Source: Macrostomum lignano
Lineage: Eukaryota
Length of the DNA stretch: 57,101 nt
Assembly (NCBI GenBank): GCA_002269645.1
Contig: NIVC01004168.1
Location: 1 to 57,101 of the forward strand
Direction of reading: 5' to 3'
Every line of letters starts with the position of its first letter. The first letter of the stretch is position 1. Below, piece by piece: positions 30,501-42,265 of the stretch. A model generated the notes under the pieces. That model ran no database searches and had not been told where the DNA came from. It saw only the letters and a list, made by a program, of their open reading frames with translations. A program made the translations under genes and the position numbers.

Positions 30501-33500
30501 ATCAGGATCCAATCTTCACACAGAAACTTCAAGCACTAGGCATGAAAAAAGTTTTGACATCGAAATTACCCCCAGCTTAGAGAACGAGCCAACCGTTAAA
30601 AGTGCGCACTCGATAAGCATCGAATCGCTATTCCGATCGTGATAGCACGGCGGCGCAACATTACCGAGCCGCATTTGCATTCAAATTTCGTGCACGGCAT
30701 GAGTTTCAAGTTTCTCCTAAAGCCAGTTTGACTCTGTACTATATAAGCTCTCACTCACCCAGCCAGTCAAGTGGCAAGACAGAAAAGCCGGCAAGCTGAT
30801 AGAGAAACATACGGGTCAGAGTAAACTAACTGGATAGTTGTCACAGAAAAAAACTCAACACAGAATGAGATCCCCAACGCGGATCTCGTTCCATCTTGTT
30901 GTTTGTGTGTTTATCTTGCCTCATATATATATATAGTCGAGGCGGAACAAGCTCTCAGGACTTGTCTGAGACTCGCGAAATTGAATTCGTGCCGTTCCGT
31001 TTGTGCCAGTTTTCCGCTCGAGTGAAGCCAAGTGCCAGTTTTTGGAGATGGAAGAGAGTTCTCTTCTACCTATCAGCTCACTTGCTTTCGGGAAAAAGCA
31101 ATTGAGAAGACTGCAACCAGATGGTAGAGCTCAAGCAAGGACGGACAAGAGATAGGGGTGTTTTTCGAGTGGCTGTATTTTTTTCCAAGCCTGTATCTCT
31201 CAGCGGTTTCTGCTTTTAAAGTTCGATCATCTATCATTCAAGAGCTTTTCAAGTTGAGTCAGTTTAATCAATGCAGAGGCTTTGAAATTTATGTACCCAT
31301 CCACCTTATTAAGACTTGTTTCAATATTATTCATTATATCCATTGAGGTAATTGGATTAGAGTCTTTTTAGTATGTTAGACTAGCAATTAGCGCCCCCGT
31401 TGGGGAGCCAACAAAGAATGTAATACCAACTTTAGAATAAACTACATGTAGCTTCTCCTTGCAATAACCTCAGCAACTCCATTTGTAAGCTTTGACATCT
31501 CTGCGATCTTAGAATAATAACGCATTGTTATAAGCGGGCATGCTTAGGCTGGAACAAACACGAAAATCCAACGACAGTTTTTTGGGTAAACGTACATGTG
31601 CATTGTAGTTCGTACATGTTTTATATACATGAGCTACTGTACATGTGCATGTGAAAGCTTCAATCGGCGTTTATTCACACACAAATGCTGAAGCCAGGGG
31701 CGTCGCCACGCCCACGTCCCATAGTAAAAGCTATGGGAGACATGCCATTGCTTTGTTCCTCCCACCCACCTAGTGACCCGATTTGGAAATCAAAAATTTT
31801 GCTTCAGGGCGACAAAAAATAGCGCCTGTGGTGCCAAAATGAATGCCTGTGGTGCCAAAATGAATGCCTGCGGTGCCAAAATGAATGCCTGCGGCGCTAA
31901 AATGAGTGCCTGCGGTGCCAAAATGAATGCCTGCGGCGCTAAAATGAATGCCTGCGGTGCCAAAATGAATGCCTGCGGCGCTAAAATGAGTGCCTGCGGT
32001 GCCAAAATGAATGCCTGCGGCGCTAAAATGAATGCCTGCGGTGCCAAAATGAATGCCTGCGGCGCTAAAATGAGTGCCTGCGGTGCCAAAATGAATGCCT
32101 GCGGCGCTAAAATGAATGCCTGCGGTGCCAAAATGAATGCCTGCGGCGCTAAAATGAGTGCCTGCGGCGCTAAAATGAGTGCCTGCGGCGCTAAAATGAG
32201 TGCCTGCGGAGCTAAAATGAGTGCCTGCGGCGCTAAAATGAGTGCCTGCAGGTGTGCCAAAATGAGTGCCTGCGGCGCTAAAGTGAGTGCCTGCGGCGCT
32301 AAAATGAGTGCCTGCGGCGCCAAAATGAATGCCTGTGGCGCCAAAATGAGAACTGGCAACACTGATTCTGAAAAAATGTACATGTACGAATTTAATCATG
32401 TACTTGTACATGTAGATTTTCCGGCTTTGTCCCTTCAACATAAAATCCATGGCGACGCCCCTAGCTGAAGCGATATCTTACTGAACAAATTCGGAAGTCT
32501 GAGTGAGTGGCCTGTAGAATTCAATAATTCAATTATTAGTTTTCGGTTCACCTCTGATATCAGTTCCTGTTTTCGGGCTTCACGCATAATAGCACTGCAC
32601 TTTTGTGACTACATGCACTTTTTGGGGGTCTTCTAAATTGCGCGCTTATTCAGCCCACACGCCGCTCATACACAGTGGCTTTAGAGCTGGGTTGGATTAT
32701 GATTATTATAGAATGCCAGCTATTCAGTCAAAATGCTTCGAAAAGCTTTTAACCTATGCTGCTGCTTTGGGTGTCGTTGTCATTTTCCCTCTTTCCTGTC
32801 CGGTGTCCCCCTCGATTGCTCGCGGTCAGAAATTGGTCTTTTTTCTCAATTCACCAACCAGAACCCCCCGTTCCATTCCATCGCTATGATGGCCTGAAGG
32901 AATGAATTTTTTGAAAAGTAAAATTTCTGCCTGCCGGGTTTTGTTGATAGCCTCTCTCCGTATCCACCCAAGTTTGCTTTCCTCGATAGCAACGATGGAT
33001 GAATAGGCAAGGCACTTTTCATTTTTTTATGCACTAACACGAGTTCAGAAATGTGCGCAGCTATTTTGAAGCTGTAATTGTAAAAGTGCACCTACGCCAT
33101 GACAAAATGAGACTTCTAAAGCCATGCAAATGTCGTGTGAGCCACATTCATCGTTTGCGCTGGGTTTGTCTGCCAAGAAAATCCATTAAAAAGAAAACTG
33201 AAACCTGATTTAACCAGATACAAAAACAGCAGAAAGCTGAATATACCATGTAAGATAGAAAGCTTCCACTGCCAAGATAATCAATGGAAAAATTAAAAGC
33301 TTCATGACTTCTTTAATTCCAATTTCTTTTAAATTAATTAATTTGACTATATGACTACATGACTATAGTATCCCACGCTGTAAAATCATTCTTCAATACT
33401 TTGAAATCAATATTGACACTCGTAAGAATATACTCTGATAATGTGCTTGCTCAAATGGCTTTTTGTTATATCTAGTAAGTAGATCATTTATCTGCCTTCA

Positions 33501-33765
33501 AAACCATGGACACAATCTACCATTGCTTTTGTCAGCCAAAGTTGACAATTCATAAAATCAAGTTGAGAACAAGGACAAGTTATCAAGTTGTCCTTGGTTG
33601 AGAATTCCCATTTGGCAGCAGTAGCTTTGGTTTTGCCCATAGACATAGACATAGACGGAAAAAGCAAGTTAATAATTCTTAAACTTCATACTCTGTTGAA
33701 AGTCGATGTTGATCGAGCATGATTTCAATGAGCTAAAAGATCAATAGTTTTGAAAAGAGAGAGGG

Positions 33766-33797
<32 letters not shown>

Positions 33798-35600
33798 AGA
33801 GAGGTCACGGCGTGTTTAAATTTTTTTTTTAATATGGGCTACCTGTTTCGAGCCTCTGGGCTCTTCGTCAGGCCAAAAGTCTTCCGTCTAAGTCTCTGTC
33901 TATTGGGATGATACTATGGGGGAAAGCAATACTAGCTAGGTAGGTAACATAACGGCTTCATTTGCCCAGGAACTTAATCAAAATAATCTAATCGTTCCTA
34001 TAATAGAAAGAAGCAGGAATCCGGACACATTGCACTAACAAATCATACCAACTAGGCCCTATAAAAACAAGCACTAAATCAGACACTGTGACAGCATTGG
34101 ACTGGAGGGTTGAAAAACGAAAAAACAGGCAGACAGACTTGAGTACATTTACAAGTACGCTTACTTGCTGAAATCAGTGAAGTATCTTTCTTCACAAAAG
34201 AAAAGAATCAATTGTTAGCGATAGGAATACGCAGCAGTCCCAACCCTTAACTCTCTCTTCACGAAAATTCTAGAGAGTTAACTATGCAAAGCTAATCTCG
34301 AGAGGGACCGATATCTAGCTACTTACGGCTATCCTGCTGCCCACAGGAGGCGACGCAACGCGTGAAGTAAATTGCTCCTGGCAGTTAGCTCCCACCCCAA
34401 CCCTTCGGAGTTCCCCTTTCCCATGCAGTCCTTCAATTTCTATTCCCCCTTGTTACCAAAGCCATACGCTGTGTTATATATATAAGAATTCGATGGCACC
34501 CACTCCCGCAAACCGTCCCTACAGCGCGCTTTCATTTCCCTCAGGGGACAGTGGGTGCCGGACACATTGACTTTTCCAGTCTCCCTATATAGCCGACTAT
34601 AAGTTCCAATATAGATTGGCATCCAGATTTTTGATGGCACTAAACGGCTAGGAAACGATGGGGCGTTGCAGATTGGCAGTGCAGTAAGCCTTAGCAACAA
34701 GTCGCTGAGATCTTAACTGCAACTGGACTGGACTGATCCGGAGGGCTTGCGAGTCCGGTATGGCGATATAGTTAAGCGAAGCAAAAAAGCCTTCTAGCAA
34801 AATTGCGATCGACCGCCAGTCACGCCTGGATTCCAAAGCAGCAGGATCTTGCAGAGTTTCTGCCAGACTTGCTGGTTGAAGTTTTCGATTCTCCTTGGCT
34901 CCCTTTCTCTCCCACTCTCTCGCTGACTTGAGTTGACTTTTTCTCCCTTATCTGCATATGATTTCGTTCTCTATAGCTAGTTCAACACAGTGGTAAGCTG
35001 AACATGTCTTCGCTTTGCATGCAATATCTATAAGACAGAAAAACGTTTTTCGATTGCTATTATGAATACGTTAAGAATAAGATCATATGCTTGGCCATTA
35101 CCTAGCTACATGTACGAGCGCACCCTATACTTCACCCTGCCCATCAAGACAGAGGAGCTCAAACTCCTGAGTGCACGACGGCTTTCAACCATTGCATCTA
35201 GCTCTCCTCTACTTCCCATTTTCCCTCTGCGTTTTTGTTTACGTTGAATAATTTATTTATAAGCGCAGAATTGGGAGGCCAAGAGGCTTTCTGTGCAGCC
35301 TGTAGCCATGGCTTGTGTTCTTCTCGGCTTGACAGTTAAGTCAAATAAACGAAGAAAATTGGCCAATAGCTTGAAACATGCTAAAAGCATATACGGCTTA
35401 ATCCGTCACCTACGGCTCCTAAGTCCTTGCTGAAGTCTCTGAGAGAGATTAATAACCTGATTTCTCTCGCCTTCCTTCCTTATCTCCTGGGGATTATCCG
35501 ACTAATTAGTTAATCATACGGCAGAAATGCGTGACAATTCACTCAAAAAGAAGCATGTTTTATGATTACTAGCTCGTAATTAAACCCTCGACATTATCAC
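27503..35600. repeat. 8.1-kb tandem segmental duplication, copy 2 (begins inside the 21-bp satellite)
   Basis: Junction CGACATTATCAC|GGTACTAAAATG at 27502/27503; the copy ends CGACATTATCAC at 35600, after which unique sequence resumes. Confidence 0.97.
31695..32463. mobile_element. Duplicated copy of the satellite-bearing hAT-type MITE
   Basis: Same TIRs and GCTGAAGC TSD (31687-31694, 32464-32471). Confidence 0.88.
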
Positions 35601-36090
35601 CCTTGTTTATTATTTTTCCTTTTGGCGTTTCTCGTCAGAATTTTATCTGTCAGAAAAGTCAGTTTATAAAAAAAAAGAAAAAACGATGCCAACACGATCA
35701 TTTTAATAAAAGGGCTAAAATTCGTCTGTTGCAGGTCTGCGATCGTAACTTGCTTAGTATTTTTTACAACCTGTGAATCCATCTCGTACCCAAATCAGGC
35801 TTAGATTTCGATACTTCACGCCAAAGTCGGAAAATCCTAAAACATAAATATGAATTTTAGCGAGCTGCAATGTCTTTACTACATAAACTCGCAGATGTTG
35901 CCGTCTTAGACGAACTAAGACATAACGCTCGATAATAGCAGAATTGTTCATCAAACTCTGAAGTGATTTGGAACGAGAAAGTATACAAACTGTAACATTT
36001 TTCACTCAGTACATGTGCCTAAATTTTCTTTGCTATATATTGTCTTGTTAATTTGTCAATAACTATCGAATGCAAATAGTAGCTCAAACA

Positions 36091-36190
36091 AAATGCATGT
36101 GCAGCAAGACTACTGACAAAATTGAGTTGTCAGTAGCTGACTTTTACGCTGTCGCGAGTTGCGATTTTTTACACTAGCTTCTCTGGCCAC
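36091..36190 (+). repeat. Dispersed repeat of about 100 bp, copy 2, with hairpin CTACTGACAA-7nt-TTGTCAGTAG (36110-36136)
   Basis: Homology to 14391-14490; perfect 10-bp stem. Confidence 0.75.
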
Positions 36191-37199
36191 CTGAGGTCTC
36201 ATTAGCCTATCTTGTGGATGGATGATTTTTTCGGTTGATCCTAAATGATCCCTGCGCAGTCACACTCAGCGCATGATTTATCGTCATTAGCGGGGGTTTC
36301 TTAGAATGACGCATTCAAAATTGTAGTTTTTTGAAGTTTCTTGTAAAACGTACTGCTTGCTTATAATTTAGCTTGATTAAGTATAACAAATAGGCTTAGA
36401 ATTTTGCCTGTAAATCAAAGAGTCAGGTGATCTTGCTAATGATTGAGTGCCCGGCTCTGCAGGTGCACAAAGATAATTGATTCTTCTTACCCCGCATCTG
36501 GCTTCGTCTCAGCTGGCTCGCTGAATAACTAAATTAAATTGCCAATTTTCATCATCTAATCCAACTAAACGAATCTATATAACTAAACCTGAATAACATG
36601 CTATTTCCCGTGTGCAAGCTGCAGGTTTTATACAGCATAACAAATTTTAACTGCTGTCGGAATTAATCTAATTTGTATATTATTATATACAGAATGACGT
36701 TTATAATATATAATATAATATATAGTAACTCGCACAAAATTTGATTAGAAAGATTCTAAGCATTTAAAAAAAACTTAAGAAAATTGTGAAGTGTTTTTTA
36801 GTCCTAATCAGAGATTGAATCGTACCGGAAAAAGGTCACATTATTTAAAAACTCGGAGAAGTTTCCTGTCTAATCAGTTTTTGATTAGATGTTAAAGCTT
36901 GAAAAGAAATTAGTAACTGCTGGTCATTGCAGGTTTCATTTCGAAGCACAATGAAATCAGCGATAAGTGTTGGTTTCCATGATAACAGCTGCTAAAGAGT
37001 TTCCAAAAAGGTTTAGAGTTAACGAGCAGCATCGCATGTCACGTGGTCTATCTGCAGCCAAAGTTCGTTATTTGACCTTGACCTCATACTACGGTCTGCG
37101 AGCGTAATAAATTTGCTATAAGCGCAGCCTAAACTGATTCAATCTGCACCAGTCATATCTACCAAACGTTGAGAAACATCTGCCACGCAATGTAACGAT

Positions 37200-37294
37200 A
37201 TGTACCGATTTTTTTCGGCAGCAATTGCGTAAGCTGAAGCCGCGTAGCGGCTGAAGCTTAGTAGAGCAATTGCTGCCGAAAAAAATCGGTACAT
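37200..37294. other. 95-bp near-perfect palindrome (hairpin)
   Basis: ATGTACCGATTTTTTTCGGCAGCAATTGC (37200-37228) is the exact reverse complement of 37266-37294; the inner TAAGCT..GCCGC-GTA-GCGGC..AGCTTA also pairs. Confidence 0.92.
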
Positions 37295-37390
37295 GTCATT
37301 ATTGTACCCTTTTGACTTCCCTTGTCTATGGCCCAGACATGTATAGTGCGGATGCTGAGTATGAAATGTGATTGTTGCCGGAATGCGCTT

Positions 37391-37487
37391 TGAAAGGGTT
37401 GTAGAGATAATCAATCGTCTATGGCAAATTTAGTTGCTCTCTAAATGAAAGGGTTGTAGAGATAATTAATCGTTTATGGCAAATTTA
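37391..37487. repeat. Direct repeat of about 42 bp, 2 copies (TGAAAGGGTTGTAGAGATAAT(C/T)AATCGT(C/T)TATGGCAAATTTA)
   Basis: Copies at about 37391-37432 and 37446-37487. Confidence 0.85.
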
Positions 37488-37692
37488 AAGGACAGTGAAG
37501 ACAGCTAGCCTGGCTGCCATGAGTTAATTCTCAAGTTGATTTTGAGCTTGAATTAATTCTCCTATTCGGAGTGCAAATAGGAAAACTAGCTATGATTCGC
37601 TACGCAAACATTCCTGGCGGAGAAATATGTGGACTCTCCACGGACGAGTTGGCTTTTGTCACCGAGAGTCGAGCACGCGCTACGTTCTGGAG

Positions 37693-37920
37693 ATGGACAA
37701 CCTGGATGCGTCGTCCAGTTCCAACGGGCTGCCTGAGCTAGGTAGCGAAGATCTGGAAATGTTGGACCGACTTGAGAGTGACTCAGTGCCGAAATCGACC
37801 GAGACGCAACGGAAGCTTCACGTGGCAAGGTTCCGACAGTTCCTCAACGAGAAGGGGCTCTGCCAGGAGTTTGAGCGTGTTCCGGATCGATTTTTGAACG
37901 ATTATCTGAGGCTTTTCTGA
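37693..37920 (+). pseudogene. Truncated fragment resembling the N-terminal part of Crypton/DUF3504 (ZMYM/QRICH1/KIAA1958-like) tyrosine-recombinase-derived proteins
   Basis: SDSVPKSTETQRKLHVARFRQFLNEKGLCQEFERVPDRFLNDYLRLF resembles the recalled pattern vp.nT......av..f..wl......d.e..p...Ln.yL..F; the frame stops immediately afterwards. Confidence 0.55.
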
Positions 37921-38115
37921 GGTTTGTTCTTAAGAACTTTTTGTGACTATGAAACACTTTCGCCGTGTTGCTATTGTTGTTCCTTGTTTTGATAGCCAAA
38001 TACATTCGTCTGAAATCCGGCAACAATCGAAAAAAGCCGACAAACAATTAAATTGTTACCGCAAGTATGAATGCCGGAAACCATAGACAAAAGGGAACAA
38101 TAATAGATTCCATAA

Positions 38116-41100
38116 ATGTCGTCGAAAACGATTCTGTCCCTGCTGCTTGCGGCATTGGTGTCCGGCTGCGTTAATCGACCTGCGTACGGCGCCGTTTGTA
38201 AGTGTTAACATGTAACCTGACTGTAGATACGAAAGTCTGATAAATAGCCTACATGTATACCCAGATGAGGATGAAGTTATAGATGCTAGGAATTAGTAGC
38301 TCATAACTGACCAGTTTCGCGTAAAAGTGACATTTGTTGGCAGAGTTTGTAGGATCAAATAAGACCCAATATTTAAATCAGAAGAGAGAATTATCATCTA
38401 GAAGTCGAAGAGCTGCAATCTTAACCTACAAGTTAAGCGGATGCGGTTGCGGTTAGTAAAAATAGGTAAAAAATACGGCTTTTTATTTTTGATACGTTGT
38501 TAATTAGGAAAAACTTGAAACCCTAGTTGTTGTTCTAGTTGTCTTTGAGGTCAATGGAGAACTACATTTAATACAAATTAAAAGTCACCGGCAAGCAGGC
38601 GTGGTGCGAAGAAAGAATCCCAAATTCCAATTAGAGACTTTAGGTGAGATTCTAGCGCCTGTTTAGCGTCGCAAGCAAGATTTATAGGCTCTCTACGCGC
38701 ACATAGTGCTTTTTTTTCTACATGATTTCTCTCCAGGGTTTTTTGACCATTTCAATTTCCAACGAGCCATTTTTGAGGAGAAACAGGCCTTCCATCTAAA
38801 TGCCGGAGTGGACAGCTGCCCCCTGCTTCTCCCCGTTCCGCGGTCCCCTGCTTGCGAGTTACTGAGGGCACCCACTGAGGGCTTTAGTCCCAATGCCGTC
38901 CGGTCCCTATATGGAAGTTTTCACTGCAATGCATTGCTTTAACTTAAAAAATCTCACTTAGGACCAGCAAATTCAGCTGATTGAGTGTAGACAGAGCTCC
39001 ACATTTGGTGGCGCCGAATGCGTTCGAGCGATCGATGACAACACCAACCAGGACTATCACGCCGGCTCGTGCACCCACACGGAGGCGCACCAGGGCTGGT
39101 GGCAGGCTCGAACTGAGCACCTTACCCACTTCAAACAGATTCGCATCTATAACAGAATGGACTGCTGCTCGGAGAGGCTCGACTACATTTCTATCTACAT
39201 CGATGGACACCTTAGCGCTGTTTATCGAGGCGAACCTTTTGCAATGAAAAATTTCAACGTAGACAGGATTGGTCAGGTCGTTCGAATTCAAAGTCACAGA
39301 GAATCGACATTTTCTTTGTGCGAAGTGCAAGTCCTCGGATATGCTATTAGCCTGCCTTCGATTGGAGGTGAGATCAGATGCTACGGGTGGAAACTGAAAT
39401 TGCTATTGTACATAAGGCCCAGGCCGAAAAATTGGCACTAAAACATCCGATGCCTCGAGATTGTACTAACTTACTCGTGTAAAAACCCACCTATTTCAGA
39501 ACAACTGGCCTTCGACTCTTGCTCGCAGAGTTCAACTTCGTATGGTGGCGTCTGTGACCGAGCAATCGATGGCAACATCACCAGGGCTACATTCACGGTT
39601 CGTGCAGTCACACCCAAGCAGAGCGAGGCTGGTGGCAGGGCCACCTAACCAAGGTTAGTGAGGTGACTCATGTCCGCATCTACAACCGACTGGACTGCTG
39701 CTTAGATCGGCTGTCGGACTTTGCCGTACTCATCGACGATAAAGAATGCGCATCGTACCGGTCAGAGCCCGACTCGTTTTTCTCGTTGCTGACTCTCAAG
39801 TGCCAAGGCACCGGTCAGACAATCAAGATTGCCAATCGTAGGCCGACAATTTTGACTATGTGCGAGGTTAAAGCGTTTGTAAGACACGGAAGACACATCT
39901 ATGCCAGAAAGTGAGTATAAGCAATGCGCTCTAATATTATAGTAGTACCCAAAAGATTCTTTGCTTTAACTAAAGTTAAGATCACATTGGAAATCTTTTC
40001 AGAAATTAATAATTTGCCCTCTTTTGCAATTTGCTGGACGCCCAAAGCGTCTGCGGATGTCTCGGCATGATGTCGGATTGTTGTATGGGATAAGCTTGAC
40101 ATTCTTGGCTGAGCTGCGGGCTGGTTTCGGGCATCCGGATACGTTGGGGAGGCGTTGGCGACCATCCCGCTAACCCCTTGGTGATCACAGGCATCTGGTG
40201 CTGTGGTGTCTCGTAGGCAGATCCGGTGGTGCCGGTGTACGCAGTGCAGTCCCCCTCCGGAGAGTCCAGGAGAGTCTGTAGCCCGTAGGTAGCGGAAGAG
40301 CTCGCGCAGAAGTTCTTGGGTCTGAAAACGTCGGGAAGGTCCGAGTTTGGGCTGAGGTAGGTAAACCTGTTCTGAGTACACGCGGGGTATTCACAGGTAG
40401 AGTGCTCCGCATTCTCAACACCAGAGAGGCAACAACAACAACAACAACAAGGTACTGCTCCCGCCGGCCACGCAGTAGCCAGAAAGGGGGGAGCAGTCAG
40501 AAAGCGCGTCTCTGGGCCATTGCCCTCAGGAAGTCGCATCCCCCTTCTTGGTCCGGGGCGCCAGCGTCACTCAAAAGTCGGTCAGGGTATCGCACCGTTC
40601 GCCCTTGGCCTCGCCTCCGCGGTCCCTGCAGCTTGAGCAGCAGCACGTCGTGTAGCGGCTCAGGACAGCGGGCCTCCGACCGGATGACGTGGCCAGCCAG
40701 TCGAAGTCGCCGCCCGCGCAGCAGGTCAGAAGGCCGCGTCAGGCGCGCCCTAGTGTAGAGCGCGGCATTGGTCTCGCTGCCTGGGCCGCTGCGCACTCCG
40801 AAAGCCGCACGCAGCATTGCCGCATGCGCAGCGTCCAGCTGCCTCTCCAAGGCGTCCGTCAGGGTCCAAGTCTCGGCGTTGTACAACAGGACAGTCTCGA
40901 CGACTGCCTGAAACAGCCAAGCCTTGAGCCCGTCGTCCAGGGCCTCAGATTGGAGCACGGAGAGGCAGAATAGCCATTGCTCAAAGTGCAGGTATCACGG
41001 GATAAGCTTGAATAAAAAATATACGAACAATCAGTAGTTAAAGATTTAAAACCGACAATTTATACCGGTAGAAACACTGTAGATCGACGAGAACGCTGAA

Positions 41101-41507
41101 TGAAAGAATGGGTTTCCATGGAACTTGCAGAACAGCTCAAGTTCAACAGTTGTAGTCAGAGCTCAACTGCCTCTGGTTGCGACTGCAAACGGGCCTTTGA
41201 TGGCATCCGGAACCAGGACTACCACGCCGGGTCGTGCACCCATACTGAGAGTGCGCACAACAACTGGTGGCAGGCGCAATTACCCAAAGCTTCATTTGTA
41301 TCGAAGATTCGAATCTAGTACCTCGAAGATTGCTGCTCTGACCGGCGCAAAGATTTCTTAATCAGCGTAGGCGGTCACGAATGCGCCTTTTACCGTTCCG
41401 ACGACCACTTCTCGGCTCGGAATTTCGAGTGCAACGCGTACGGCGAAGTTGTTCGTATCGATAGTCACAAAGCGGAGCCTCTGATCCTCTGCGAAGTGGA
41501 GGTGTAA
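38116..41507 (+). pseudogene. Secreted multi-domain F-type lectin (fucolectin/FTP) gene, apparently disrupted. Signal exon 38116-38197, probable exon from 38737, FTP1 38962-39367, FTP2 39500-about 39880, FTP3 41131-41507
   Basis: Signal peptide MSSKTILSLLLAALVSG. Three FTP domains (AIDDN..GSCTHT..WWQ..RIYNRMDCCSERL..LCEV; AIDGN..GSCSHT..WWQ..RLDCCLDRL; AFDG..GSCTHT..WWQ). GT-AG phase-1 junction between FTP1 and FTP2. A 1-nt deletion at about 39580 frameshifts FTP2, and there is an in-frame TAG at 41316-41318 in FTP3. Confidence 0.78.
40432..40959 (-). mobile_element. 5'-truncated RTE-type non-LTR retrotransposon (3' end of reverse transcriptase ORF)
   Basis: KAWLFQAVVETVLLYNAETWTL..RRLRLAGHVIR..GPRRRG is typical of the RTE-clade RT C-terminus; (TTG)n 3' tail (CAA repeats at 40430-40450 on +); candidate 8-bp TSD GAGAGGCA at 40424-40431 and 40960-40967. 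Confidence 0.88.
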
Positions 41508-42170
41508 TGGAGGCGACGAACAGCCGAAGTAGTGACTAAAAGTTTGAAAGTATAATAAAAAGTTTTAAAATAATTTGAAATTTTTAACTAAAAGTAAAAC
41601 GGTATAACGACATTTTGATTCGATTAGAATACAAGTACTGCTTACATTTGTTTTTGATCAAATTAGACATAATATAATTTTCATAATTGCTAACCATTAT
41701 CAAACATTAAAACATATGCTATGAAAGTTGAATTACTGTATCAAATAATGGAAACAGACCTTTGACCTTTGTTTCAACTTTAGTGAAACAAAAAAGACAG
41801 CAAATACCTTATAAAAAACGATTTAAAAATTCACAAAATCCTAACACTAATTTGATTAATATTTTCAACCGGACTCTGTTACGAGTATGTTTGGTTCTAC
41901 GATGTACGAGCGTAGCTTCTCGCACGACGCATCAACCCCAACCAAGTAGCAGCATGGTACTGTTACATTTACATATTGCTAAATCATATAAAATTTCTAA
42001 AATTGCTACATGTACGGCATACCTTCAAGATGCCGACAACTTGAGGTACCGGCTTATAATCCAGATAGCTCCTGATATCTTGCAGTCTGAGAATTCGATG
42101 TTTTAAATGCTGTGAGGAACAGCTGATTAATGCGTGCAGGACGGTTGTACTGCACCCCCCACCAATCAGA

Positions 42171-42201
42171 CTGTTTCTGTCTGTCTGTCTGTCTGTCTGC
42201 C

Positions 42202-42265
<64 letters not shown>
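42171..42265. repeat. (CTGT)n microsatellite, about 23 units
   Basis: Direct reading. Confidence 0.95.

Noticed and set aside
40030-40420. GC-rich stretch beside the RTE fragment with faint RNase H-like words
   Set aside because: Multiple stops in all frames examined and the motifs are out of expected order; left unassigned.
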